DNA of 60,031 nucleotides, filler included, from Bonamia ostreae (Eukaryota): NCBI GenBank assembly GCA_040357525.1. It is 9 parts of 9 records of this genome, joined end to end, with 100 filler letters (N's around TTAATTAATTAA, not from the genome) between each part and the next. Parts side by side here need not be neighbours in the genome. Positions count along the whole stretch, not along the records: positions 1 to 6,642 come from JBDODL010000113.1; positions 6,743 to 13,356 come from JBDODL010000114.1; 7 more parts are not named here. One strand, 5' to 3'. Shown piece by piece: positions 1 to 11,619 of this stretch (position 1 is its first letter; each line of letters starts with the position of its first letter). The notes under the pieces were generated by a model. It saw only the letters and a program-made list of their open reading frames with translations, ran no database searches and was not told where the DNA came from. The position numbers and the translations under genes were made by a program.

Positions 1-424
1 CTAATGAACGACAACCTGAGAATACCGGACGGAGAATGCTTTTCAGTAAACACCTCTTATTATCAAGATTGGGACAGAAAAACAAAAAACTTTATCAACA
101 ATTGCCAAAACAAGAAAAGAATGTTTCGCTACATCGGAAGCATGGTTGCCGACGTACATAGAACTTTGCTACATGGCGGAATTTTTATGTATCCACCAAA
201 CAATAAAGTTTCAACAAAAATTTCCATCAAAAATAAAGTTTCCAAACGGAAAAATGAAATTGACAACAGAAGCGAACACAATCGCTTTCTTAATAGAAAG
301 CGCCGGAGGAAAAGCAACAGACGGCGAAAAAAGCATTTCGCTGTTACAACCTTCGAACAATGACGACACCACTCCAATCTTTGCCGGCTCTCCAAAACTG
401 ATCGAAGAATTTGAAGCTTCTTAA
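1..424 (+). CDS. FBP: Class I fructose-1,6-bisphosphatase-like protein, C-terminal part (5' end outside window)
   Basis: FRYIGSMVADVHRTLLHGGIFMYP motif. A 31-nt GT..AG intron (208-238) joins to FPNGKMKLTTEANTIAFLIESAGGKATDG; TAA at 422-424. Confidence 0.9.
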
Positions 425-458
425 AAATCTCACCATTTTTTTCTATTTTTTTCAAAAT

Positions 459-1469
459 TTAATATTCAACGTCCTTTTGCTCATATTCGCCATTATCATA
501 ATCGCCATTTTGCTCCCAATCATCCTCGTACTTCGGTTCTCCATATCTCTCTTCACAATCTCCATATCTCTCTTCTTCGTAATTTTCCTCTCCTTCAAAA
601 TTGTCATATCTTCCTTCTTCGTCTCGAACAGCTCTTGCGTTGTTTTCAACGTCGTTTGGACTGAATTGGCCATTTGAATGATTGTGACCAAAATCGATCT
701 TGTCTTCAACATAGTTCAAATACCTTTCGTCGTTGTTGAAAAAATGGCGATCAAAATCGTTTTTGCGATAATAAAAATTTTTGTCGCTGATATTGTAGTC
801 GTTGCCGTTTGTATCGAAAGGTCGATAAAATTTTTGTTGCCGTTTGTAGTCGGTTTTCGGCTCTTCGCAATAATTTGGATTCGCAAAATTTGTCTCACTG
901 TTACTGACAAAATTCGGTTGTCGGATTGTTACATTTCTTTGGTAATCGTCATTCCGATGATTTCGAAAATTGGTTCGGAACGTTTCTTTTTCGAATTTTT
1001 TTGGCGTTTCAGCGTTTTTGTGATTCGACTTTTTATTTTTGTAATTTGCAATTTAATTTGTGGTTTTTGGGGAAAGAAAAACCTCTTCGTAATCGAAACA
1101 AGGCGGTCCGGGAGGTCCAACTGGACCTTTGAACCCCTTCAGTCCATGTGGACCGGTATTTCCGGGAGCACCCGGCGCTCCAGCGCATCCCGGAGCACCT
1201 GGACACCCTCTTTCTCCTTTAGCACCAGGAATTCCAGGAGGACCAATTGGCCCCATTCTCCCACGAGGACCAGGGCATCCATCTTTTCCGGGAACACCTG
1301 GGAACCCTCTGGGACCGATGACAGATTTGCCGGGAGTGCCAGGGCATCCGGGTGGGCCAGGGGGACCAGGTTTGGGGCGAGGGATGCGAATGAGATAATG
1401 TTCTTCGTCACAAAAATGGCGTTTGTTGTCAAAAGTTTCGTTATAATTGTAATGACGATATTTGTTCAT
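459..1469 (-). CDS. Collagen-like (Gly-X-Y) protein with acidic Tyr/Asp/Glu-rich C-terminus
   Basis: ORF 1053-1469 carries about 30 G-X-Y triplets. A 54-nt GT-AG intron (1029-1082) joins in frame to an exon reading open to 459. Confidence 0.85.
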
Positions 1470-1589
1470 TTTCTGCGAATTGGCTGATCGGGTTTGAAGT
1501 TTTTTTGTATTGAAGAGAAGTTGACTTGTTTGATGTGTAGAAGATTGGATACAATATTAAATTTAATATTTTTTGAACAAGAAATATTA

Positions 1590-1830
1590 AATTACAAAAA
1601 AATTGCAGTTTTCTATTCGACAAAAANNNNNNNNNNNNNNNNNNNNNNNNNNNNNNNNNNNNNNNNNNNNNNNNNNNNNNNNNNNNNNNNNNNNNNNNNN
1701 NNNNNNNNNNNNNNNNNNNNNNNNNNTATTCGACAAAAAACAAAAACAAAAAAATTGCAGTTTTCTATTCGACAAAAAACAAAAACAAAAAAATTGCAGT
1801 TTTCTATTCGACAAAAAACACAAAAACACA
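1590..1830. repeat. 39-bp tandem repeat interrupted by a 100-N scaffold gap
   Basis: Unit tattcgacaaaaaacaaaaacaaaaaaattgcagttttc occurs on both sides of N1627-1726. Confidence 0.9.
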
Positions 1831-1849
1831 AAAAATGATAATCGATTTA

Positions 1850-2327
1850 TCAAGCTACGATCGTCGAAATTGTGTTCACGTCGTATTTCCACGTCGGCGG
1901 CAGTTTCCCCCTTTTCTTGTGCTGCCGCGCCAACCTGTAGATCCTGCTCTCCACAAGGATCAACCTGAACTTCGAATCCTTGTCTTTTCTATTCCTCTCC
2001 AAATGCTTTCGAATGTTCGACGCTTTCTTGATCATGTTGAACAAGTCCTCCGGAACTGCCGGCGCAAGCCCTTTCCCTTTCAGAATCCGCAGAATTTGAG
2101 TGCCCGTGACCGCTCTCACTTTCGGAATTCCGAACGAATCTCGCAAGAGCACGCCGATTTGGGATGGAGAGATCCCCTGTTTGGCGTACTTTACGATCAT
2201 TTTGTCGACCGTTTCCGCGTCGGTGGTGCACCATGAAGGCTTTGCTCGTCTGTAGGGCAAAGCTGAACGCGAAATCCCTTTTCTGTGAGTTGTCAGTTAA
2301 AAACCCTTTGCTGTGCATTCTACCCAT
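1850..2327 (-). CDS. RPS13: 40S ribosomal protein S13 (uS15)
   Basis: [20 protein letters not shown]...LRDSFGIP...[20 protein letters not shown]; 22-nt intron gtttttaactgacaactcacag. Confidence 0.98.
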
Positions 2328-2820
2328 TTTAGTCGAAACCTTTTTAAAATTTAGTTATTTTGTTTATACAAAGTTTGTATATCGGAAAAGCTAATTTGNN
2401 NNNNNNNNNNNNNNNNNNNNNNNNNNNNNNNNNNNNNNNNNNNNNNNNNNNNNNNNNNNNNNNNNNNNNNNNNNNNNNNNNNNNNNNNNNNNNNNNNNTT
2501 TTAATTTCGTTTTGTTTTTATAAGTTTTGAACGTTTTCAAAAGCTAATTTTTTAATAAAGATTTTGATAGCAATTTAGACGAAACCTTATTAAAATTTAG
2601 TTATTTTGTTTATACAAAGTTTGTATATCGGAAAAGCTAATTTGTTTTATATCGAAAAGCAAAAGCTAATTTGCTTGTTATATGGGTTGTGTCTAATATT
2701 TTAATTTCGTTTTGTTTTTATAAGTTTTGAACGTTTTCAAAAGCTAATTTTTTTAATAAAGATTTTGATAATAATAAGATTTCCGAAACATTAATTGCGA
2801 TAAATATAGTTTTTCTGGAC

Positions 2821-3625
2821 ATGGATCGATCGAAAGTTTTTTCAATTTTATTTTCAGCAAACTCATTTACAGCTCAAACGACTTCTCACTTTGGAAAAAA
2901 ACAGGTTTTGCGCCGATTGCCGCGCCATTTCGCCGCGATGGGCTTCTGTCAATATCGGAGTTTCTTTTTTAACACATTTATTTGAGCTTTATATCTTTGC
3001 AAATTATATAATAAACATCAAACGTTTATTTAGGTGTTCATTTGCATTAAATGTTCCGCTGTCCATCGAAACATGGGAGTCCATATAAGCAAAGTCCGCT
3101 CGGTCGATTTAGACAAATGGCGGCAAGAATGGGTGCAAACAATGGCTAAGAGAGGAAACAAACAGGTCAACCAAAGTTTCGAGATTCCGTCGGCGTTCCA
3201 TATAAATCCGTCGACAATGTCCGAATGTCGGTTTTTCGAAATTGAAATTTTAGAGAAGATTTTATCAGAAAGAAATATGAACACCAAATCTGGAACAGAC
3301 CGATTGAAACGAAAACTGAAAAAAATGAAAATTTTGTTGAAAACGGTTTTGGTCAAAATCGGGAAAATGGTGGAAAACAGAGCGAAGAAACGATTTTACA
3401 GAAAAACCAGAAAATTGATTTTGACAAAGACAGCCAAAAAACAGATCGTTTAGATTTTGGTTTTGATACTTTCAGGTCTGAAGACAGCGCCGTCTCCAAA
3501 AATAACCAAAATGATCGATCTGAACGATCGTCGGAAAAGTTATTAAATTAAATTTTAAAAGAGACGTTTTTGATGCTTCTGGAAATGACAAAAAACTTAT
3601 AATGTCTCTTTACAGCAATTATTAA
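2821..3625 (+). CDS. SMAP: ArfGAP, SMAP-type
   Basis: CADC..PRWASVNIG|VFICIKCSAVHRNMGVHISKVRSVDLDKW zinc finger; FIRKKYE; C-terminal KKLIMSLY; 4 GT-AG introns. Confidence 0.9.
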
Positions 3626-3787
3626 ATATTTTGTAATTTTTCAATTTTTGTAATTTTTTTTTAATTTTCGTAAAATTTTTAGTTTTTTTTCAATTTTCGT
3701 TAAATTTTGCAAATTTTTAGTTTTTTCAATTTTCGTCAAAATTTGTAATTTTTTGAAATTGTTCAAAAATATAAACTTATTCGTCTC

Positions 3788-6621
3788 TCATTTATTAAGA
3801 CAAGCTTTTATTAAACCATCGACTAAAATCGGTGAACCGAACGCGACGGTCTCTCTGTCGTCAATCCCGTCGATTTTTTTGTCCATTATCTTTTCGCCGT
3901 TCAAACAACTCGCTCTCCCGTCCGATTGCTCTATCAAATGGGCGATCGAACGAGATTCAGTTGTCAATTTCAGTTTTCCGTTCGGATACTAATTTTATGA
4001 TTTTTTGAAGAATTAATTTTATGATTTTATAATTTTCTGGCGAAAAATCAATTCTTTGATTTTTCAAAATTGAAAAAGAAATTGAAAATTGTTCGAAAAC
4101 ATGTTCGTTTTGAGGATAAAAATAGATTCCGCCGTAAAGAAGGGTTCGATGAATGTCGGCGACCAGAGAACCGACGTATCTCAAACTTTTATTTTTTTGT
4201 TTGAGATCGATCACAAATTGTTTTATCTCCTCTGGCCATTCATTGAAGTAACCTTCGTTCACCGAATAAAATTTTCCGTTTCTTGGAATTTTCACATTTT
4301 TGTGAGATAGCACAAAACAATTCTTCATTTTTTTTGCGAATTAACAAATTTTTATTTTTGATAATTTTTTTGACAAAATTGACGAAATTTCCATTTTTTT
4401 TTGACAAATTAAAATTTTTTTTAAATTTATAAAAACATTTTGTTTATCCAAAGTAAATCCAAAAACGCCATTTCCGAAGGTCAGCATTAAAATTGTAGCG
4501 CTCGAGTACAGACAATAGCCACTAACGATCGGTTTCTAAAAATGTAAATTTCAACTTTGTTTAAGGACTTATTTTCGTCCCCTTCATAAATTCCAAATAT
4601 GGAACCGATCGCGGCGTTTGTGTCGATGTTTGAACTTCCGTCTGCCGGATCCAAATAAACTGTAAATCCGTTTTTTATCTGTTTTATCTTCATTTTTATT
4701 AATTTGCAAAATTGATTATAAAAAAATTTTATTAGAAAAAGTAAAATTTTTAAACTAAATTTAAACGAAAAAAAAATTAAATTGACCGGAATAGGTTCGT
4801 TCTTTTCTAAAGAAACTAAAGAAATGACGTTTTTGACAGCTTTCAGAGATTGCACAAATGAAGAATTAACTAAATTTTTAAATGTCGCCGATCCGTCTGA
4901 GCATTCTACGTCTTCGCATGCTGAAGCAGTGTTTTTGAAACATGTCATCAATGCAAATATTATTTCGCAAATCGATTCGGAATTTTTTACGTCTTTAAAT
5001 TTGACAATTTTAAATTCTCAAATGATAAAAATGTCGTTTTGCAATTAAACAATTTACAAAAATCTCTTTTTTTTTTTAAATTAAACAATTAACAAAAATG
5101 TCGTTTTGCAATTAAAAAAATTTGATAAAAATTTCGTTTTGCAATTAAACAATTTACAAAAATGTTGTTTTATGTCGTTTACAATTAAACAATTTACAAA
5201 AATGTCATTTTGCAATTAAAAAATTTGATAAAAATGTCGTTTTGCAATTAAACAATTAACAAAAATGTCTTTTTATGTCGTTTTGCAATTAAACAATTTA
5301 CAAAAATGTCGTTTTGCAATTAAAAAGAATTGATAAAAATGTCGTTTTGCAATTAAACAATTAACAAAAATGTCTTTTTATGTCGTTTTGCAATTAAACA
5401 ATTTACAAAAATGTCGTTTTGCAATTAAAAAGAATTGATAAAAATGTCGTTTTGCAATTAAACAATTAACTAAAATGTCGTTTTACAATTAAACAATTTA
5501 CAAAAATCTCTTTTTTTTCAATTAAACAATTAACAAAAATGTCGTTTTGCAATTAAAAAATGGAGCAACAAAAAACTAGCCGAATAAGCGAGTCGGCGGA
5601 TAGCATCGGTTTCCTCCGGATGAACGCTCAACAGCGAAGCAGTCAACAACGACACCACTTTCGACCCCTTCTCCCCGTTTTCACCGTCCTCCAAATCGGC
5701 CAAGGTGGCGCTGTCGCTCGGACAATAACTGAAGAACGGCAAATTCTGCTGTTTGTTCAACGCTTCGACGCGCTGTCCGATCTTCCCCACCAAATCCCGA
5801 AACCACGGTGTCTCCAAATCAAACGGCTTTCCCCCCGACACTCGCGCGTAGTCGATGCAACCGATCTCGCCTTCCTGCTCTTGGTCCGGTCCGCAAAGTC
5901 CCGTTCTGCCCTCCATCGCAAACTCCACCGCCTTCTCCGCGCATCTGCGCACCAAATCGCGGTCGAACGCGCCCGCCGGCGCCGCTCTGCAGAAATAGCC
6001 GCTCTTCTGGACCAACACCTTCTCGGCTCCGATCAGCTTGGCCATGACCTGCCCGAACCATTTCCCGGGGTTCAGAGTGTCCAAGCGAACGTGGCCGAAG
6101 GCGTCGCGCTCGACTTTGTCACCTCGCGACTCAATTTCTGCGACGATGGCGTCTGAGCAGGCTCCCTCGCTCAGGAAGATGTTGACGCAGCCCTGCTCCG
6201 CCATTATCGTTTTGAGCCGAGCCGACTCTTCGTCGGCGTTGAACTTAACTTCGGGGAGATAAATGGCGTGCACTTGCGCTTTCGAGCTTTGGACCAAGTC
6301 GACGAAGGAGCGGAGGTTTTGTTGCATGTACAATTGGGCTGTTTTGGCTGTGAGCCAGCCGGAATTGCGGCCCATTATCTCGTGCACGATGAGCATGTTG
6401 GGGTTGGAGGAGAGTTCGGAGACGACGTTTTGGAAGAAGAGGGCGCCTTGTTCGGCGGCGGTGTGGGCGCCGAGTGTTTGGGCGATAGGGACGACGTCGT
6501 TGTCGATTGTTTTGGGGAGCCCGACCACACTCAATTTGTAGTTGTTGTAGTTTTTTAGGAGGTAGAGGCTCAGGTCTCCGGCGGACATGTTTGTGTCGTC
6601 GCCGCCGATTGTGTGTAGGAT
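3788..6621 (-). CDS. PPi-dependent phosphofructokinase fused to a C-terminal FBPase-like domain (5' truncated at contig end)
   Basis: Exon 5577-6621: TIGGDDTN, GLPKTIDND, HEIMGR, QKSGYF. Phase-1 intron 4993-5576. Downstream exons: LDPADGSSNID, RYVGSLVADIHRTLLYGG, YPNGKLKLTTE; TGA at 3788-3790. The domains are near-certain; the fusion is inferred from the splice model. Confidence 0.8.
5030..5560. repeat. ~30-bp minisatellite array filling the PFK/FBPase intron
   Basis: Many variants of aaaaatgtcgttttgcaattaaacaatttac. Confidence 0.95.
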
Positions 6622-6642
6622 CTTTGGTGGATTTGTTTTTTG

Positions 6643-6742
6643 NNNNNNNNNNNNNNNNNNNNNNNNNNNNNNNNNNNNNNNNNNNNTTAATTAATTAANN
6701 NNNNNNNNNNNNNNNNNNNNNNNNNNNNNNNNNNNNNNNNNN
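6643..6742. other. Artificial contig linker (44N-TTAATTAATTAA-44N); also at 13357-13456, 20066-20165, 26772-26871, 33474-33573, 40142-40241, 46796-46895, 53443-53542
   Basis: Identical palindromic all-frame-stop spacer. Intervening contigs are 6614, 6609, 6606, 6602, 6568, 6554 and 6547 nt, i.e. size-sorted. Confidence 0.98.
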
Positions 6743-6829
6743 AAAATTACAAAACAGCGATCACAAATTTTATGATTGGAAAAGCGATCAACAAAGTTCA
6801 TTTTTACAAAAAAAAGCGATCACAAATAT

Positions 6830-8804
6830 TTACTTTGAAATTGGAAAAGCCGTTCTAACCAAAACGCCTCGTCTCACAATCGGCGGCGGAGGCGGAATCA
6901 CGTGCGCTTTTCCAATCCCGTTCAAAAGCTCTTTACGCCCGTTCAAAATGCGCCGCACTATCTTCGGCGACAGAAACCCGCTCCCCACCTCGCGCCCTCC
7001 TCCCGCGCCCACCGAGAACGCCTCTTCCTTTTTATCCTCCGGACTCGACCGAAACCGCGAGCTGAAATGAAGTCCTGCTCGCTGCTGTTCTATGAAGCTC
7101 GTCAGCATCGTCGAACTGTTCCTTTCCTCCACTTGGACGCTCTCCGCACTCAGTTTTGCTCTTTTGCCCCCGGATTCCACTTCGTTTCCCACCGGACGTC
7201 TCCCTTTGTTCGTCCCCGCCATCGAAGCCGACACAAAGTTCATCGGATTTGTTAAAGTAGTCAAATGTGTTAAAGGCGATGGATTGATCGAAGAAGGATA
7301 TGTCGGGACTATCCTTTGAAAGCGGTAAGCGTTGAACGAAGAAGACATGGCCGCCTGCTTCAACGGAGGTCGGTACTGTGTTGTAGGCGGGAGTGGCGTG
7401 ATGACGCGGCGCTGGACTGTCCGCCGAGCCGGGAACGGCGAAGCAGCGGCGTGCTTGGCAGGCGTGTACCTGGGCAACCCCTCTTTCGAGGAGGACCGGC
7501 GCATCTCGATCGCGACTTTCCTCGGCCCAAAATCGCCTTGGAAAGCGCGCGAGGTTTGGATGGCGCCGGAGCAGTCCAAATCGTCCGGATCAGCGCTTCG
7601 CCTGTCCGGAAGCGATTTAGACCGCTTTTTGAAGACGGCGCTGTTTCGTCGTCCAAAAATTCTGTCGTTCGAATCCAAGTCGCCATCTTCGGCGCCAACG
7701 GTTCTGCTCGAGTTCTGCTCCAAAGGAGGAGGAGGGATTTTTTGGGGGAGCTTGACTTCTTTTATTTTTCGGGTTTCGCCGCTGAGCAGTTGATCCGGGA
7801 GAGGATCGTAATAGAACTCGAACGCGTTCAGTTTCTCGTAGATTTCTAGGAGGATCCGCGCGTACACTTTCGAGGAGCGGCGCAGCGTTTTGCGAAAGTT
7901 CTTCGTGAATTCCTGGCTGGGGATGAAGGCTGGAGCGAGATCGTCAGAGGAGGTGTTGGCGGGGGACCTGCACGCTTCGTCTTTGTCTTCTTCGGGGAAA
8001 TTGCCGTGGACGGCTTTTTTGAGCGAATCGAAGTTGAGAGAGGGAATGCAATCGTTCGATATCATTTTGTCTTGAAATCATTTGTAGTTTAGGAATTGAT
8101 ATCATTTGTAATTGAAATACGCCATTATTAAAATTTGGCAAGGCGCAATGGACGAGCCCGGTATATTCGCGAATTAAAAACCGATTTTGATGGTGTTTCC
8201 AAAATAAGACAAAGCTTCTTTGATAATAAAATTGGCGATGTGGTTCATTTGGAGGTTTTTCAGGTCCAAGTCTTTCTGCGAGTTCCGTTGGACGCATTGT
8301 TCAAAATCCTCTGAAAACTTTTTAGTGCTCTCAGCGCTTTCAATCAAATTCGTCATATAATTTTCATCTTTTTTAGTGTAAATGTTTAGGGCGTTTGCAT
8401 AAGTTTTAGTTTTGCTGATAACGGCAAAACTTTGTTTCAAAAAATCGCCCAAATCCCATCGTTGTTTTTCGACTGAATTCGCCAAGAGAGGCGAAATAAA
8501 AAGTTCGTTTAGTTCAAGTGGACTCTCTGCAGCGTCTAAAGGCGTTCGAACGCGACTTTTGTCCAACAAATGATTCGAAACTCTATTTTAAGTGAGCAAT
8601 TGTTTAGTTTAAAAAATTTGGTTTTGGAAAATCAAACTTTCCGTTTGGCAATTTGAGACTTTCTAGTTCGTCCAGAGGACTGGGCTCCGTTAATAAAAGG
8701 TTCCGCTCGCTGTGAACTTTCTTAAAAAACTCGAGTCCCAATTTTAAAAGAGCTTCACCATGAAGAGCCCACTTCTTGAGATTATCATTTTTGGTGAAAC
8801 TCAT
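6830..8804 (-). CDS. Hypothetical multi-exon protein (helical N-half, Pro/Ser/Arg-rich disordered C-half)
   Basis: ORFs 8604-8804, 8174-8569 and 6830-8065 on the same strand, with GT-AG joins; no recognised family. Confidence 0.65.
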
Positions 8805-9287
8805 TTAATTTCCAGCAAGTTATTATATGAAAAAATCTATTGCAGTGGAAAGCCAAGCAAATTAAACCACGAGCAAGTTATTATATCGAAACGGTTTAGA
8901 AGAAACCGTAAAACAAACATAAATTGCAGATATTGAGCAAACTCGTTAACTTCCAAGACGGGAATTTAAACGATATTTTTTTAATTTTGGAAATAACCGA
9001 AATTTTGGCGCTGTTTTAAAAACTTTGTTCAAATTGTTATCAATAAAGACAAAATTATTATCAAAAACGAAAAATTATAAGCGACCATGAAATGACCATA
9101 AAATTATAAGCGTCCATCGTCAGAGCAGATATCCAAAGTTGTAAGTTTTAGGGGCATTTACGAAGTCAGTCTCCTTGACCGCTAATAAGACCGACAACGC
9201 AATTAATTAAATTCTAGACTTTTTAGCTCAAAGAAAGGAATTTAAACAAAAAAAATAATTAGGACTACTCAATATAAATGTCAAAAA

Positions 9288-9360
9288 TAGCAACGGCAGG
9301 TTTTGATCCTGCGATCTCAAGGTTATGGACCTTGCGCATTAACCTCTATGCCACGCTGCT
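9288..9360 (-). tRNA. tRNA-iMet: Initiator tRNA-Met (CAT)
   Basis: Cloverleaf AGCAGCG/CGTTGCT, D-arm GCAT/ATGC, anticodon arm CAAGG-TCCATAA-CCTTG, T-arm GCAGG-ATCAAAA-CCTGC. A1:U72, A54 and A60 are initiator hallmarks; TTTTT Pol III terminator follows. Confidence 0.93.
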
Positions 9361-9394
9361 ATACCCGATTATCAAAAAAAACAGTTTATTTAAT

Positions 9395-10598
9395 TTATTT
9401 TATCCAAAAAGAGGGCAAATACGGAAACACTCTGTGCCCTTCAAATTCGGTGTACATTTTATCGTCCAAATTCATGTCATTTTTTTTCATCATCACTAAA
9501 ACGACATTTCCCATTTTTGGTTTTTCGTACACTTTTCCTACGATTTGTTTTAATCCGTTTTTGAATTTTATAACTTCGTTTTTATTTCCATGTTCGTTTT
9601 TCAAGTCAAAATCGATTCTGACTCCGTAATCAATTTTTTCCAAAATATCTTCCATTCTCATCTCGCCGATTTTTGAATTCTACATATTCTAGTAAAACTT
9701 TTATTATCAGCGCTGGTAACAATCTTTTTCTGACGGATCCTGTTGAATGAATTTGGCTGACAAGTTCTTGCCCTTTTTTGGAATTTTTCAAATTAATGGA
9801 ACCGAGATAACAGCCCTTTTTGAAATCGATTGCGTTTAGAAGATCATAGTTTAACGAAAATGGGTTGCAGTCTTTCATTTCTGATGTTATTGTGTTTTGT
9901 ATTCCGTTTGTTGCCAAATGAGCACTGTAAAAGTTTTCGTTTGTTGTTTCTTCGATTTTCTCCTTTATTCCAAATTTAAAAACTTTTAAAAAATCGTTAT
10001 TGTAATCGTAAATTCTTTTCCCCAACAAAGCAGCTCTAGGATCGTCATAGACATTTTTTCGCATTCTCAACTTTTTGCCGCTGTAAACATAAATTGATGG
10101 AGGTTCTTCTAATTTTATCTTTTAAATAATAATTAAAAAACATCGACTTTCTTTCGCAGATTATATTTTGACAAATGATCCAACAGAAAAGTCGATTTTT
10201 CTTTTCTTTTTATTAACGATTAACAAAAATATCTAAATTTAGTAATTAAATCTTCAAAAATAACGCGCAATCGATTAAAACGTCATTATCTTGTCCAAAG
10301 AAAAAACAATCCGCCAAAATTTCACTTTTTCTGTTTAAAAATAGTCCAAAAAGCAATTTGCCGTTTTCCAATTTTATCTTTTTAAAATATCGATTAAAAC
10401 AATATTGGCGGTAACAAGATTTTGCACAAAGTTATTTGCTTCTTTCCCGATTACTTTAATAATGACGCGATTTTTTAATTTGCAAAGCATTTTCTCGGAA
10501 TTTTTGCTTAAAATCGATTTGTGCAAAATTGGACCGAATAGTGGCAACGCCGTTTTCGAAAACCTTTTAAAATGCAAAGTTTGAAATTTGTTCCACAT
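9395..10598 (-). CDS. IBA57: Mitochondrial Fe-S assembly factor IBA57/CAF17 (YgfZ family)
   Basis: RVIIKVIGKEANNFVQNLVT, DDPR, IDFKKGCYLG|QEL..GSVRKRLLP signature; basic N-terminal presequence-like leader. Confidence 0.9.
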
Positions 10599-10862
10599 CT
10601 TATTCTATTTTATGTAAATTTTTTATGATTTTAAAGGTCATTTTTATGATTTTATAATATTTTAAAGGTCATTTTTTATTCTATTTAAAGGCGATTTAAT
10701 CGAAGAACGATTTATAAACGTTGGCATTTTAAAGGTCGTTTTAGTTTAATAAATTTTGGCATTTTTTGCTTTGTTCTGTTTTTCAACGCCATTATTGTCA
10801 AACATTGTTGTTCGAAAATTTGTTTTAATAAAATACTATTTTACAAAAATTGTGCAAATTTA

Positions 10863-11619
10863 TTACATTTCGCCGCATTCAACGATAACACAATCTATTT
10901 TTGGCCGATTTGAAGAATCGACTGGAATATTTTCGATTTTGCGAACAGTCAACATACCACTCACAACTCTCCCAAAGACGACGTGCTTGTTATCTAGCCA
11001 ATTTGCTCTGTCACACGTTATGAAGAATTGGCATCCGTTCGAATCTTTTCCGCTGTTCGCCATCGACAGCAAACCCGAATTTGTGTGTTTGTTTTCAAAA
11101 CTCTCGTCGGCAAAATTGGATCCGTAAATTGATAGGCTGCCCGTACCATCGTTCTTTATTACATTTTCCAAAACACGCACAAAAAATTTTAAACTAAAGA
11201 ACTTAAATAATTGCAATCGTTGTTTAAATATAATAAATCGACCATATTTTGATACAACAATACAAAACTAGAGCCATTTTTGTATCGAAGCTTTAAATAA
11301 TTATATGGAATAAAAATCCAAAAGTGCTAAAAATGGAACGTTGATGAAATCGCCGCCTTGTATCATGAAGCCCTTAATAACGCGATGAAAGAAAGTTTTT
11401 TTGTAGCCGACTGGTTCGCCGTGGAGCTTCATTTTGCCAACGCAAAATTGTCGAAAATTTTCAGCTGTTTTCGGAACAGAGTTTTTGAAAAGCTTTTATA
11501 ACATTTTGACAAACTTCCACTACAATGCGGCCGGCTTCATGGTCGCCGATTTTTATATCGAAGAACACAACGGGATTTTCAGTATGAGTAAGTTCGTATC
11601 TATCGCTTAAAATGGTCAT
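10863..11619 (-). CDS. PPIH: Cyclophilin-type peptidyl-prolyl isomerase H (U4/U6 snRNP)
   Basis: [66 protein letters not shown]; two introns. Confidence 0.92.

Noticed and set aside
678-1487. Long antisense ORFs (e.g. 678-1487, 5560-6156, 7316-7849, 44365-44892, 54888-55409)
   Set aside because: Shadows of real genes on the opposite strand; no independent motifs.
2334-2770. Direct duplications flanking the N-gap (also 38761-38815 versus 38916-38970)
   Set aside because: Typical unmerged overlaps or haplotype ends at 100-N scaffold gaps.
5030-5560. CRISPR-like repeat array
   Set aside because: No unique spacers and no cas genes; a eukaryotic intronic minisatellite.
5577-6621. GC-rich bacterial-like PFK as contamination
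   Set aside because: It is bounded by spliceosomal splice sites, and other host genes (PYCR, RPS13) are similarly GC-rich. Ancient lateral transfer is possible but untested.
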